The position numbers and the translations under genes are program-made. The notes beneath the pieces are model-generated. The model saw only the letters and a program-made list of their open reading frames with translations, did no database searches and was not told the DNA's origin. A stretch of 48,936 nt of DNA. It comes from Candidatus Doudnabacteria bacterium (lineage in GTDB: Bacteria; Patescibacteriota; Doudnabacteria; UBA920). Below, piece after piece: positions 38,301 to 46,951 of this stretch (the stretch's first letter is position 1; every line of letters begins with the position of its first letter). The DNA is taken from assembly GCA_903908535.1 (NCBI GenBank), contig CAIVSE010000077.1, positions 1-48,936 of the forward strand, read 5' to 3'.

Positions 38301-38784
38301 CTCCAAACTCAAAAGGATTTTAACCAAAAAGAACGACCCTATGGCCTTTTTTACGCTCCAGGATTCCACCGGCAGCATTGAGGTTTTGGTTTTCCCCAAG
38401 ACCATGGAAAAAGTTTTACCGCTTTTAGAAAATGATAAAATTGTGGAAGTTTCCGGTAAGCTTTCGGACAAGGACGAGGAGTTTAAATTATTGGCCGACG
38501 ACATTAAAGAATTGCCCACGGACGATTTGTATAACATGGCCCTGGCGGAAATGCAAAAAGAAAAATCTATTGTCCTGCATATGAACACGCTGGCCGGATC
38601 GGAGGCCTTAAACGCAATTAAAGATATTTTGCAGCAGCATCCCGGAAATGCACAAGTTTATTTATCCGTCGGCGTCGGCGGTAACGCGAAAAAAATAAAA
38701 ACCCAGTCTATGGTTAAAATAGACGGCAATTTGGTTAGCGAGTTAAAAAGCATTCCGGAAGTCGTGATGGTGGATGTGAAATAA
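35317..38784 (+). CDS. dnaE: DNA polymerase III alpha subunit
   Basis: HLHCHSHYSLLDG PHP domain, RGSAAGS, PDIDLD, YGFNKSH; no intein evident. Confidence 0.98.
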   Translation: MINEMPFTHLHCHSHYSLLDGLSKIDPLIERVKELNMEALAITDHGVMYGAIEFYTHCREAGIKPIIGVEAYVAPRGLADREGKVDSDYHHLTLLAKTYQGYKNLMMLTTIAHLEGFYYKPRIDLEVLKKYSNGVICLSGCMRGEIARAVVNKSEDEAQKVLQKYVDIFGPDNLYIEIQRLAKHDDGSEKSRNEKLIALAKKNNLSLAATADCHYIFPEDSEAQDVLVCIGTASNVNETDRLDMRGYDLSLKSEQQMRELFYDVPEAVENTQKIADLCNVEIPIDQRYFPMVPIPEGLTSEEYLKKITHEKAVPLYGKNGTVPPEILERIDYELNIICKKGFDTYFLMVADLVQGAHNIGAITNTRGSAAGSIVGKILGITNVDPLYYELPFERFLTMHRPTPPDIDLDIADNRRDEAIAYITERYGKDKVAQIITFGTMQARASVRDVGRALGVAYSKCDQIAKMIPLGKQGFQMTLDKALDMNAELKDIYQRDPDTNRIINIAKKLEENKRHASVHAAGIVITPTPLTDYMPLQREPDGERVITQYDMYSLDVNAKSSAIGVVKMDLLGIRNLSILETAVNLAQNRHKIKIDIYNLPHPDPKTFHLLSEGHTFGVFQLGSSGMTRYLKELKASTIFDIMAMIALYRPGPMQFIPQYIERKLNSKLIKYFDPAFERILKRTYGILVYQDDLLTIAHDLAGYSWEEVDKFRKAVGKKIPEEMAKQKVKFIDGCMKTSGWNQAKAAEIWAWIEPFAAYGFNKSHSASYAVVSYQTAYMKANYPVEFMAAVMTAESGDEDKIYAAVEECAALGIKVLPPNVNESLGDFTVVDDHTIRFGLNAIKNLGSDVIAKIIEVRQNGAFNTLEDFLIRAHTKNLNKKSWEALSKAGALDAFGDRGTLLANTEEVLDFTRQHFKDADNGQNSLFGKSLQMGKLTLREVPPATMNEMLLWEKEILGFFVSANPLDSHREVLKGFTAFRSLQQSDLGRAVVMGGIISKLKRILTKKNDPMAFFTLQDSTGSIEVLVFPKTMEKVLPLLENDKIVEVSGKLSDKDEEFKLLADDIKELPTDDLYNMALAEMQKEKSIVLHMNTLAGSEALNAIKDILQQHPGNAQVYLSVGVGGNAKKIKTQSMVKIDGNLVSELKSIPEVVMVDVK

Positions 38785-38809
38785 AAGTTCCGAAGGAACT
38801 TTTCTTAAC

Positions 38810-38858
38810 TCCTCGGCTCGCTTTCCCGATTAAAATCGGGAAGACTCGCCTACGTCGC
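38810..38858. repeat. REP-like palindrome
   Basis: CTCGGCTCG-TTCCCGAT-TAAA-ATCGGGAA-CTCGCCTACGTCG; TCCCGA..TCGGGA core recurs elsewhere in window. Confidence 0.55.
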
Positions 38859-38905
38859 GAATAAAACCTTATAAATAAGCCAAGTCAAAACTGTGGAAAA
38901 CTTTC

Positions 38906-38934
38906 TTGATAATCCTTGTTTTATCTGATATAAT
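38906..38934 (+). promoter_or_regulatory. sigma70 promoter upstream of thrS
   Basis: TTGATA-17 bp-TATAAT with TG extended -10. Confidence 0.75.
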
Positions 38935-38940
38935 TATTTC

Positions 38941-39206
38941 AGTTCTTCAAGTGAGATCCCCGTACCACTTCATCGGGTACGGGACACAGTCGGCTACCAA
39001 CCGATGAACTTGAAACAAATAGTAATTAACCTTAAAGTGTTCTAGAGCCACTTTTTGGTGAAAAGACTCTGTATTAGTCGGCCTAAAGGCCTCCGGTGCA
39101 GGGTAAACTGGGACGGAAACGTCTTCCCATTAGATTAGGGAGACCCCAGGATTTGGTCCTATCATTTGTCAACCGATAAATGATGGATCATATCCTGGGG
39201 TTTTGT
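38941..39206 (+). ncRNA. Structured RNA/leader with terminator upstream of thrS
   Basis: 3-way junction 38946-39014, multi-branch domain ~39030-39140, long hairpin plus T-run 39143-39206. Confidence 0.5.
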
Positions 39207-39343
39207 GTTAGATATTGGAGAGGACAACCCAAAAAGGGTTTTCCTCTCCAACGTCCAACTGCGTTGGACTGCCTCACTTTTCCAACGAATCCTCGACATC
39301 GGAGTGAATCCGACGCCTCGGAACTATAATTAACCAATTTCCT

Positions 39344-41080
39344 ATGTCACAAAACCAAGAACTTGAACATCTTCGCCACTCACTCGCCCACCTTTTAGCC
39401 GCGGCGGTAATTAAGTTGTATCCTGGTACCAAACGGACAATTGGTCCGGCCATAGACAACGGTTTTTATTATGATTTTGAATTCGCGGAACCGATTACTG
39501 AAAAAGATTTGCCGAAGATTGAAAAGGAAATGAAGAAGCTGCTTAAAACCTGGTCAACCTTTGAGCGGCGGGAAGTCAGCGCCGACCAGGCCCGGGAACT
39601 TTTTAAAGATAACCCCTACAAGCTGGAACTGATAAATGAATTTTCTAAAGACGGCCAAACCTTAACCATCTACAAATCCAGCGAATACTTTGAGGACCTC
39701 TGCCGCGGCGGCCATGCCGAAAATATGTCCAAAGTTGACCCGGAAAGCTTTAAGCTGGCTAAATTAGCCGGGGCTTACTGGCGCGGGGACGAAAAAAATA
39801 AAATGCTCACCCGCATTTACGGTTACGCCTTTGCCACCAAGGAAGATCTGCAAAATTATTTAAAAATGCTGGAAGAAGCCGAAAAGCGCGACCATAAAGT
39901 TTTGGGGCCAAAGCTGGAATTGTTTATGTTCCATCCCACTGCCCCCGGTATGCCATACTGGCTGCCCAAGGGCGTGATTCTTTATAATCAGTTGATTGAT
40001 TTTTGGCGAAAAGAACACCAAAAGCGCGGCTACCAGGAAATTGTCTCCCCTCTTTTAAATAAAAAAGAACTCTATATTACCTCCGGGCACTACGAGCATT
40101 ATTGGCCCGATATGTTTGTGGCCAACATGGGTGAAAACGAAGAATACGGCATAAAGGCCATGAACTGCCCCAACGCCATGGTGGTGTTTGGCAGCAAACT
40201 CCGAAGCTATAAAGATTTGCCTTACCGGTTAAGCGACACCGACATGTTGCACCGCTATGAAGGCTCGGGAAGCTTGAATGGCTTATTGCGTGTCCGCGAA
40301 TTCCGCCAGGACGACGCGCATATTTTTGTGACCGAAGAAATGATAGAAGCCGAATACGAACGGGTGTTTGAAATCACCAAGCTTTTTTACGGCATCTTTA
40401 ACCTGGAATACCACTACCGCCTGGGCACCCGGCCGGAAAAATTTTTGGGCGACGTGGAAACCTGGAACCGCGCCGAGCAGTCTTTAAAGAAGATTCTGGA
40501 AAAAAGCGGGCGTGATTATTCCGTGGAAGAAGGCGATGGCGCTTTTTACGGGCCCAAGGTGGATATTTTAATGAAGGACGCCCTGGGACGCGAGTGGCAG
40601 ATGGGCACCATCCAGCTGGACTTCCAGCAGCCGCGCCGCTTTAATTTGGAATACGTGGCCGAAGACGGCAGCCGCAAAACCCCGGTGGCTATCCACCGGG
40701 TGATTTACGGCTCGCTGGAAAGGTTTATTGGCCTGCTAATAGAACATTATGCCGGCGCTTTCCCGCTGTGGCTGTCCCCTGTCCAAATTGCCATCTTGCC
40801 GATTTCCGACAACCAGATTGGCTACGCTAAAAAAGTCCGTGACGGATTGTCGGCGGCTAATGAAAATCTTCGGATTGAAATTGACGAGCGCCCGGAAAGT
40901 ATTGGCAAAAAAATCCGCGAAGCCAGCATGCAAAAAATCCCCTACCAAATTATTGTGGGGGAAAAAGAAGTGGAAGCTAATAAAGTTGCAATCAGGACCC
41001 GTGACGGATCTGATTTAGGTCAAATATCAACGCAAGAATTTTCTGAGAAGATAAATTTGGAAATTAAAGAAAAGAAGTAG
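39344..41080 (+). CDS. thrS: Threonyl-tRNA synthetase (no N-terminal TGS domain)
   Basis: RHSLAHL, DLCRGGH, KAMNCP, RVREFRQDDAH, GAFYGPK, HRVIYGSLERF. Confidence 0.98.
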   Translation: MSQNQELEHLRHSLAHLLAAAVIKLYPGTKRTIGPAIDNGFYYDFEFAEPITEKDLPKIEKEMKKLLKTWSTFERREVSADQARELFKDNPYKLELINEFSKDGQTLTIYKSSEYFEDLCRGGHAENMSKVDPESFKLAKLAGAYWRGDEKNKMLTRIYGYAFATKEDLQNYLKMLEEAEKRDHKVLGPKLELFMFHPTAPGMPYWLPKGVILYNQLIDFWRKEHQKRGYQEIVSPLLNKKELYITSGHYEHYWPDMFVANMGENEEYGIKAMNCPNAMVVFGSKLRSYKDLPYRLSDTDMLHRYEGSGSLNGLLRVREFRQDDAHIFVTEEMIEAEYERVFEITKLFYGIFNLEYHYRLGTRPEKFLGDVETWNRAEQSLKKILEKSGRDYSVEEGDGAFYGPKVDILMKDALGREWQMGTIQLDFQQPRRFNLEYVAEDGSRKTPVAIHRVIYGSLERFIGLLIEHYAGAFPLWLSPVQIAILPISDNQIGYAKKVRDGLSAANENLRIEIDERPESIGKKIREASMQKIPYQIIVGEKEVEANKVAIRTRDGSDLGQISTQEFSEKINLEIKEKK

Positions 41081-41839
41081 CTACGTCAAAATCCTGCAGC
41101 CGTAGTCGGTCACGGCCACGGTGTGTTCAAAATGCGCGCTAAGCCCCCCGTCTTTGGTGGAAATGGTCCATCCGTCCGGCTCATACTGCAAAAAATATTC
41201 ATGTTCGCAGAGCATGGGCTCTATGGCCAAAACCATGCCGGTTTGCAGTTTCGGGCCGGTGCCGGGTTTGCCGTAGCAGGGCACAAAAGGGTCTTCATGG
41301 ACTTCGTAGCCTACCCCGTGCCCGCCCAAATCCCGCACCACGCTAAAACCTTCGTCCTCGGCCGCCTTTTGCGTGGCCCAGGCAATGTCGCCAATGCGGT
41401 TGCCCGGCCTAACCTGTTTTAAGGCCATATCCAAACTTTTTTTTGTGGTTTCAATCAGCAATTTGGCTTTGGAGCTAATCCTGCCCACCGCTACGGTTAT
41501 GGCCGTATCTGTAAACAGCTTTTTATATTCCATACCAATGTCCAAACTAACAATATCGCCCTGCTTTAAAATGTTAAATTTGGAGGGAATGCCGTGGACA
41601 ACCTGGGAGTTCACGGAGGTGCACAACCCGGCCGGAAACGGATTTTTTTTTGGGCCATAATTTTTAAAGCTGGGGATGCCGCCGGCTTTGGCAATTTCCG
41701 CTTCCGCAAATTCGTTGAGCCGCCAGGTGGTTATGCCCGGCTCCGCCAGTTCCGCCGCGCGCAATAAAATATCACGGAGGATTTTGCCGCCTTCCGCGAT
41801 TAGTTCTATGTCTTTGGCGGTTTTAATTTGGCCTTTCAT
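41081..41839 (-). CDS. map: Methionine aminopeptidase type I
   Basis: CTSVNSQVVHGIP, GHGVG, HEDP, AIEPM, SAHFEHT. Confidence 0.97.
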   Translation of the reverse strand: MKGQIKTAKDIELIAEGGKILRDILLRAAELAEPGITTWRLNEFAEAEIAKAGGIPSFKNYGPKKNPFPAGLCTSVNSQVVHGIPSKFNILKQGDIVSLDIGMEYKKLFTDTAITVAVGRISSKAKLLIETTKKSLDMALKQVRPGNRIGDIAWATQKAAEDEGFSVVRDLGGHGVGYEVHEDPFVPCYGKPGTGPKLQTGMVLAIEPMLCEHEYFLQYEPDGWTISTKDGGLSAHFEHTVAVTDYGCRILT

Positions 41840-42434
41840 ATGCTTCTAATTTTTTCATTAAACGTGACTTAGCCTGCACAATGGTTCCCATTGTGGAAAT
41901 TTTTAGGTAAGGGTAGCGGGCTTTAAAAAAAGCCACGACCTGGGAAATATTTTTTTTGTAATAATCCAGGCGGTTTTTTAGGGCCTGCTTGTTGTCATCG
42001 GGCCGCTTGGAAAATTTGCCCTTAAAATAAGCGGCGCGGCCGGTCATGCGCGCAATAACTTCCTTGAGCGGAATGGAAAGATAAATAAACAGCACGCGCT
42101 GGCGCTTTTCCTGCTTCAACCATTTAGCCACCAGCCTGGCTTCGCCCAGCATTTTTGGCGTACCGTTAAAAAGTATACCCTGCTTTTTTGGCCTGCCGTG
42201 GATTTTGTCATGCAGCAGTTGGCGCACTAATTCTGTGGGTGTCAGTTTGCCGCTGTCCAAAGTTTTGTCTAAATGGTATTTTTTGCGCAGCTTGGGGTTA
42301 TGCTCCAGCTGGCGCAGCTCCTGACCCATATCCAAATTATATAGATGGTATTTTTGGGTTAAAAATTTGCCGTGGGTAGCCTTGCCCGCGGCCGGATCTC
42401 CCAAAAGGATAATGTTTAAAGGTTGTTTTATCAT
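41823..42434 (-). CDS. Adenylate kinase-family NMP kinase
   Basis: GDPAAGKAT P-loop, GTPK, RPDD. Confidence 0.85.
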   Translation of the reverse strand: MIKQPLNIILLGDPAAGKATHGKFLTQKYHLYNLDMGQELRQLEHNPKLRKKYHLDKTLDSGKLTPTELVRQLLHDKIHGRPKKQGILFNGTPKMLGEARLVAKWLKQEKRQRVLFIYLSIPLKEVIARMTGRAAYFKGKFSKRPDDNKQALKNRLDYYKKNISQVVAFFKARYPYLKISTMGTIVQAKSRLMKKLEAYERPN

Positions 42435-43009
42435 TACAGGCCCAAAGCGGAATTAATTTTAGCGGATATTTCCTCAATTGTCCCCAGGCCGTCTATTTTC
42501 ATAAACTTCCCGTGTTGCTTCATAAAGTCCAAAATCGGCAAAGTCTGTTCGTAATATTGCTGCAAACGTTTTTCCACCGCTTCCCTGGTGTCGTCCGCGC
42601 GGTGTTCCCGCTGTGCCCGGAGCATAATGCGCTTAACAGATTCTTGTTTGGGAATATCCAAAAACAGGGTGATAAAATTATTGCGTCCCTGTTTGGGCAA
42701 TAGTTCCATTAAAAATTCCGCCTGGGACAATCTCCGTGGAATGCCGTCAAAAATTACTCCCTGCTCCGCCGGAATGCTGTCCAGCTTTTGGCGGGCAACT
42801 TTAAGCAACAGTTCGTCGGAAAGGTAGACGCCTTTTTCCATGGTTTCCTTAACCTCGCGGCCAATTTCGTTGTCCATTTTGGCGGCCTGCCGGCAAATGG
42901 CGCCGTTATCCCAGTGGAAAAAATCCAGTTTGGTCGCTAAAATTTTGGCCTGCGTGCCCTTACCGCTGCCCTGCGGGCCAATAAAGAAAATTGTCTTCAG
43001 TTCATTCAT
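42434..43009 (-). CDS. adk: Adenylate kinase (short LID)
   Basis: GPQGSGKGTQ, DGIPR, RADD. Confidence 0.9.
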   Translation of the reverse strand: MNELKTIFFIGPQGSGKGTQAKILATKLDFFHWDNGAICRQAAKMDNEIGREVKETMEKGVYLSDELLLKVARQKLDSIPAEQGVIFDGIPRRLSQAEFLMELLPKQGRNNFITLFLDIPKQESVKRIMLRAQREHRADDTREAVEKRLQQYYEQTLPILDFMKQHGKFMKIDGLGTIEEISAKINSALGL

Positions 43010-43071
43010 GACAAATGTATTTTACAGGAGTTGTGGAATAATGTAAACAGTAAAAATACAAACAAAATCCC

Positions 43072-44778
43072 GTGAACGATATTTTTATTGAAATTACCTT
43101 AGTCCTGGTCCTGGCCGGCGCCGTGGCATTTATAGTCAGCCTGCTCAAGCAGCCCAGTATAGTCGGGTACATTTTAACCGGTTTGATAATCGGGTCTTTT
43201 GGTTATGTGCGTCTGCATGACGGCGCGACTCTTAGCGGTTTGGCCCAAATTGGCATTACCCTTTTGCTGTTTATGGTCGGCCTGGAGCTGGACATTACCC
43301 AGCTTAAAAAAATCGGCCGTAATTCGCTGCTGGCCGGCATCGGGCAGGTTATTTTTACCAGTGCCGTTGGCTTTTTAATTTTACGTGCTTTGCATATTGG
43401 CTTAATCCCCGCCCTGTTTATTGCCCCGGCTTTGACTTTTTCATCCACCATTATTGTAGTTAAGCTGCTGTCCGAAAAGCGAGATTTGCAAAGTTTATAC
43501 GGCAAATTGGTGGTCGGCATATTCCTGACGCAGGATGTGGTTTCTATTTTAATACTTATCGGACTGTCCACCTTCAGCAGCGGCAGCGTTTATGGTTCCC
43601 TCCCGGCCTGGCAGAATATTGTTTTGGTTTTGGTTCGCGCCCTAATTTTGGTGTTGCTGACCATGTGGCTTTCGGCCAGGGTCTTCCCCAAAATTTTAAA
43701 ATACATTGGCGGCAACGACGAACTGCTGTTGATTTTTGCTTTGGCCTGGGCCCTGGGTCTGGCCGTTTTTGTATCCCTGCCGTTTATGGGTTTTTCTTTG
43801 GAGATTGGCGGGTTTTTAGCCGGTTTGAGTCTGGCCCAAAGCGGCGTGCATTATGAAATTTCCAGCCGGATTAAATCCATCCGCGACTTTTTTATCATCA
43901 TTTTTTTTGTGGTTTTGGGCAGCGGGTTGGTGTTAACCCATGCCTCAACGCTCATTGGGCCGGCCATTATCCTTTCGCTGTTTGTGCTTATTGGCAACCC
44001 GTTAATTATTATGATCCTGCTGGGCGCGCTGGGCTACAAACCGCGCACATCTTTTTTCGCGGGAGTTACGGTGGCGCAAATTTCGGAATTCAGTTTAATC
44101 TTAGTGGCGCTGGGATATCAAATGAATTTTTTACAGTCCAGTGACGTTGGGCTGGTTACGCTCATCGGCATCATTACCATTGCCCTGTCCAGCTATATGA
44201 TAAAATATGCCGGCTGGCTTTACGACCGTCTAAAACCTTTGTTGGTGATTTTTGATTTTCGTAAGGGCGCGGCTGAAAAGCATTTAACCGCCGGCAAAAC
44301 TTTAAAGGGCCACATTGTCTTAGTCGGGGCGCACCGTTTGGGGCATCATTTAATAGATGCCCTGGCCAAACAAAAACGGCCGTTTGTAGTGGTGGACTTT
44401 AACCCCGAGGTGGTGGAAAAATACGTGGAGCAGGGCCTGCTAGCCATTTGCGGCGACATTACCGACAGCTACATTCAGGAAGAAGCCCATATTCGGGATG
44501 CCAAACTGATTATTTCCACTATCCCCGACTTTAACAGCAACCTGGCTTTGCTGGAAGCGGTGCAAAAAAATTCTCGCGGTCGCGCTAAACCAAAATTAAT
44601 TTTTATCGCCCAGGACGAGGCGGAAATTAAGGCGCTTTACGATCGCGACATTGATTACGTTATTTCCCCGCACTTTATGGGCGGTCTGCATTTGGCCAAA
44701 ATTTTGGAAGACCAGGACGGCTTTAAGAGCTTAAAAAAGTTGCGCGAGCATCACTTAAAAATACTGGGAACAAAATAA
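43072..44778 (+). CDS. CPA2 cation:proton antiporter with TrkA-N domain (Kef-like)
   Basis: LLFMVGLE, FSSTIIVVK, QISEFS, C-terminal VGAHRLG Rossmann fold. Confidence 0.93.
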   Translation: MNDIFIEITLVLVLAGAVAFIVSLLKQPSIVGYILTGLIIGSFGYVRLHDGATLSGLAQIGITLLLFMVGLELDITQLKKIGRNSLLAGIGQVIFTSAVGFLILRALHIGLIPALFIAPALTFSSTIIVVKLLSEKRDLQSLYGKLVVGIFLTQDVVSILILIGLSTFSSGSVYGSLPAWQNIVLVLVRALILVLLTMWLSARVFPKILKYIGGNDELLLIFALAWALGLAVFVSLPFMGFSLEIGGFLAGLSLAQSGVHYEISSRIKSIRDFFIIIFFVVLGSGLVLTHASTLIGPAIILSLFVLIGNPLIIMILLGALGYKPRTSFFAGVTVAQISEFSLILVALGYQMNFLQSSDVGLVTLIGIITIALSSYMIKYAGWLYDRLKPLLVIFDFRKGAAEKHLTAGKTLKGHIVLVGAHRLGHHLIDALAKQKRPFVVVDFNPEVVEKYVEQGLLAICGDITDSYIQEEAHIRDAKLIISTIPDFNSNLALLEAVQKNSRGRAKPKLIFIAQDEAEIKALYDRDIDYVISPHFMGGLHLAKILEDQDGFKSLKKLREHHLKILGTK

Positions 44779-44842
44779 GGATATTAAATAAAAACACCGG
44801 ACCGAGAGAGCGATCCGGTGTATTAATTTTGATTCAGCGTTG

Positions 44843-45022
44843 TTAGCGGCCGGTGATGGCTTTTTTCGCGCCCATACAGCCGAGGGCTATAAAGGCCAAA
44901 CCCAGGCTTAGTCCAAGCACTCCAGGAGGCGCGCCGTGTTGAGGCCAGACCACCATTACCGATGCGCCTATCAGCCACAATCCTCCTACAATCAGCATAA
45001 CCGAACAAAAGCCCACAATCAT
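44843..45022 (-). CDS. Small two-TM protein (59 aa), absent from ORF track
   Basis: SD AAGGAG; MIVGFCSVMLIVGGLWLIGASVMVVWPQHGAPPGVLGLSLGLAFIALGCMGAKKAITGR; TTGACA at 45069-45074; hairpin at 44794-44821. Confidence 0.65.
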   Translation of the reverse strand: MIVGFCSVMLIVGGLWLIGASVMVVWPQHGAPPGVLGLSLGLAFIALGCMGAKKAITGR

Positions 45023-45095
45023 ACGTTCACTCCTTCAAGGCCTTAAGGATGCCACAGCTATGGGAAAATGTCAATGTTTATGGTAAAATGGCTGT

Positions 45096-46517
45096 ATGCT
45101 GAAGCTCTATAATACCTTGTCTAAAAAGATAGATGAGGTCCCCAAAAAAGACCACTTAAACCTTTATACCTGCGGTCCTACGGTTTATAATTACGCGCAC
45201 ATTGGCAACTTGCGCAGTTTTATTATGGCCGATTTGCTGTTTAGGACCCTGGAATACGACGGTTACAATCCACGCTGGGTCATGAACATTACGGACATTG
45301 ACGACAAGACTATTAAAGGCACGATCGCGGAATATGGCGAGAATGCCACGGTTGAAGATTTATTTAATTTTACCGAAAAGTATTTTCAAGGTTTTGTCAG
45401 CGACCTTAAAGAGGTTAACGTCTCGGTTGATAAAATAGAGTTTATCAGAGTGACTGATAAAATGAAGGACATCCAGGAGTTTATGATTGGTTTGGTAAAA
45501 AAGGGCTACGCTTACGTTGCCGACGACGGGATTTATTTTAGCATAGAAAAATATCAAAAGGATTTTGGCGATTACGGCCAGCTGGTGGGTGAAAAGTTTT
45601 TGGAAGGCAAAAAAGTTGGCGCCCGCGTGCAGGTGGATGAATACGATAAAGAAAGTTTGAGTGATTTCGCTTTATGGAAATTCCATAACCCCAAAACCGA
45701 CGGCAAAATTTTTTGGGAAGATTTAGTCAAAGATCCGGAAGTAAAGATAGCCGCGGGTCGTCCGGGCTGGCATATTGAATGTTCTGTAATCAACAAAGCG
45801 GCGTTTAATGGTGAACCTACGGACATTCATACCGGCGGCGTGGATTTGATATTTCCGCATCATACCAACGAAATTGCCCAAAGCCAGGCATTGCTGGGTA
45901 AAGGTAATTTTGTACACCACTGGTTCCATTCCGAACATTTACTGGTGGACGGTAAAAAGATGGCCAAGAGCGCCAATGATTTTTACACACTCAATGATTT
46001 GGCCCAAAACACCAGCTATGTTGGTCCGGGACTGAGGTATCTATTTTTGCAAGCTAAATATTCCACCCAGCAGGATTTTACCTTGTCTTCCTTTGCCGGC
46101 GCGCTTAAAAGTTTTGATTCCCTTAAATGGTATATAGAAGGCGTGTTGGGCGGCGGTATAATGGAAAAACTTACGGGACCGCAGACAACTTTTAACTACG
46201 AGCCGTTGGAAAAAGATTTAGATTTTCCGGCCTGGCTTGGTAATTTGCAAAAGCTTGGAAACAATACCGAGGTGTCCTGGGAATCTAAGTTGGGATTTAT
46301 TTTAGAGGCTTATAAATTTTGTGGCATTGATTATAAACAGTATCTGTTTAAAAATTTTGAGTGGCCGGCGGAAGTCTTAAAGTTTGTCCGCTTGCGTGAA
46401 GAAGCAAAAAAAAATCAGGACTTTGCTAAATCCGACGAGTTGCGCAAACAAATAGAAGACCTCGGCTACGAGGTTATGGATACGCCGGAAGGGCAAAAAA
46501 TTCGCAAAAAACTTTAA
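45096..46517 (+). CDS. cysS: Cysteinyl-tRNA synthetase
   Basis: YTCGPTVY, HIGN, GRPGWHIECS, FPHHTNE, KMAKS. Confidence 0.97.
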   Translation: MLKLYNTLSKKIDEVPKKDHLNLYTCGPTVYNYAHIGNLRSFIMADLLFRTLEYDGYNPRWVMNITDIDDKTIKGTIAEYGENATVEDLFNFTEKYFQGFVSDLKEVNVSVDKIEFIRVTDKMKDIQEFMIGLVKKGYAYVADDGIYFSIEKYQKDFGDYGQLVGEKFLEGKKVGARVQVDEYDKESLSDFALWKFHNPKTDGKIFWEDLVKDPEVKIAAGRPGWHIECSVINKAAFNGEPTDIHTGGVDLIFPHHTNEIAQSQALLGKGNFVHHWFHSEHLLVDGKKMAKSANDFYTLNDLAQNTSYVGPGLRYLFLQAKYSTQQDFTLSSFAGALKSFDSLKWYIEGVLGGGIMEKLTGPQTTFNYEPLEKDLDFPAWLGNLQKLGNNTEVSWESKLGFILEAYKFCGIDYKQYLFKNFEWPAEVLKFVRLREEAKKNQDFAKSDELRKQIEDLGYEVMDTPEGQKIRKKL

Positions 46518-46563
46518 AAATAACCGTCCCGACAGCCGTTAAGCTTATCGGGACGGTTTTTGG

Positions 46564-46833
46564 CTAGTTGGCCGCGGGTTGGATGTTTTTCCATTCCAGT
46601 CTCGTTTTGGCCAGAAAGGTAAAGCAGAGTTTTTTGTAGGAAGGCGACCAGTGATAGCTGTGGCGAACGAGGTCGTAAAATAATTCCAGCGCGGACAACC
46701 TGACCTCCTGCTCCATTGTGGAGGTATAGTCTTTCCATGCCAGCAGGGACCTGACAATTCCATCCTCATCTTGTGAGTTGTCTATTTCGCCTATTGAACG
46801 AGCAGTGAAGGCATTAATCTTCTTTGTTTCCAT
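46564..46833 (-). CDS. Hypothetical protein
   Basis: SD GGAGG before METKK; shares terminator hairpin 46522-46559 with cysS. Confidence 0.55.
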   Translation of the reverse strand: METKKINAFTARSIGEIDNSQDEDGIVRSLLAWKDYTSTMEQEVRLSALELFYDLVRHSYHWSPSYKKLCFTFLAKTRLEWKNIQPAAN

Positions 46834-46951
46834 TTGACCTCCCAGTCGAATTCGTTTATATTTATTGGCGACGTAGGCGAGTAAATTATTTTGTGAATTT
46901 ACGAGCCGAGGAGCCAAAACGATATTATCGTTTTATCATATTTTTCACTTT

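Noticed and set aside
38995-39020. Hammerhead-like CCGATGA...GAAAC
   Set aside because: Core has C instead of U and there is no room for stem II.
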